64,000 nucleotides of DNA, from contig NC_134029.1 in assembly GCF_964204645.1 (NCBI RefSeq), positions 11,062,850 to 11,126,849 of the forward strand. The letters run 5' to 3'. A program made the position numbers and the translations under genes. The first letter of the stretch is position 1. Every line of letters starts with the position of its first letter. Of the stretch, positions 63,410 to 64,000 are shown one piece after another. The notes beneath the pieces are model-generated. The model made no database searches. It saw nothing but the letters and a program-made list of their open reading frames with translations, and was not told where the DNA came from. This DNA is from Tubulanus polymorphus. Lineage: Eukaryota > Animalia > Nemertea.

Positions 63410-64000
63410 TCATGTTTACTAACCCAAAAATAATAGCACTTACAACTGTAATTAAAAATAAAATAATATGTTCAGCAGCAAAGTTAATAATGTTTCCTGC
63501 AGATTTCAATATAAAACCAACAATTGATGCAATAATTCCTGGTAATGCTGCAGCAGATTTTTTAAGAAAGTTCCCATAAATATTTTGCTAATTTTTTTAA
63601 ACCATCCTTAACCTTATCTTGTATAGAATTATTATCATTCGGGGGTTTATCCGGTTTATTGGGAGTAGGAGTAGATTTCAATGAATTTGATATTGCTAAA
63701 CCAATTGTTGTAAATAACATAGTTACAGCTGTTAGAATTGAAAGAATTGTTATTCCTTCTAATTTAAATAATAACTTTATTCTATCTTTTAATGATATTT
63801 CAGAATTTGGTTTTATCAACAAATTTTAAAAAATAACTTTTAATCTATTAATATTATAACCATATGATTTTAATAATAATTTAATTTCTTCTTTCTGTAC
63901 TTCTAAATTATCTTTTAAATTATTAATTTCTTTTTCTAAACGTAATTCTTTTTGTCTATATTCTATTTCATCAATTACTTGATGATCTAAATCAGACTTT
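63410..64000 (-). pseudogene. 3' part of the coiled-coil/TM protein homologous to 38968-41604
   Basis: ISLKDRIKLLFKLEGITIL...KYLWELS(+1)KKSAAALPG. Confidence 0.8.

Larger units (their letters stand above)
55343..64000 (-). mobile_element. Polinton element 2 (partial; runs off the window; opposite orientation to element 1)
   Basis: Integrase, packaging ATPase, major capsid and several homologues of element 1 genes. The left boundary is inferred from the TIR-like hairpin. Confidence 0.88.

Overview
AT-rich eukaryotic DNA, most likely from an invertebrate animal (spliceosomal introns, metazoan-type Helentron, IS3EU and Penelope repeats), made almost entirely of repeats and endogenous viral elements. 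1-14.3 kb is a 31-bp palindromic satellite organised in tandem Helentron-like macro-units. It contains nested HINE insertions and a Penelope-type hammerhead ribozyme remnant. 14.6-16.8 kb is a non-autonomous LTR retroelement. 17.9-27.3 kb is a TATGG-ended (IS3EU-like) transposon with SAM and HECT exons and a 1.1-kb inverted duplication. 28767-44357 is a decayed Polinton/Maverick (adintovirus-like) element with both ends intact: 93-bp TIRs, a 6-bp TSD, and the empty site visible in a nearby repeat copy. Its protein-primed PolB carries a full-length 356-aa LAGLIDADG intein in the catalytic YxD|TDS motif. It also encodes a VLTF3-like zinc protein, and most of its genes start at a poxvirus-like TAAATG motif. 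From about 55.3 kb to the window end lies a second, rearranged Polinton in the opposite orientation, with intact integrase and ATPase, a capsid gene, an HNH gene and a hairpin-duplicated TIR. All family assignments come from recognising motifs by eye; no database search was run.
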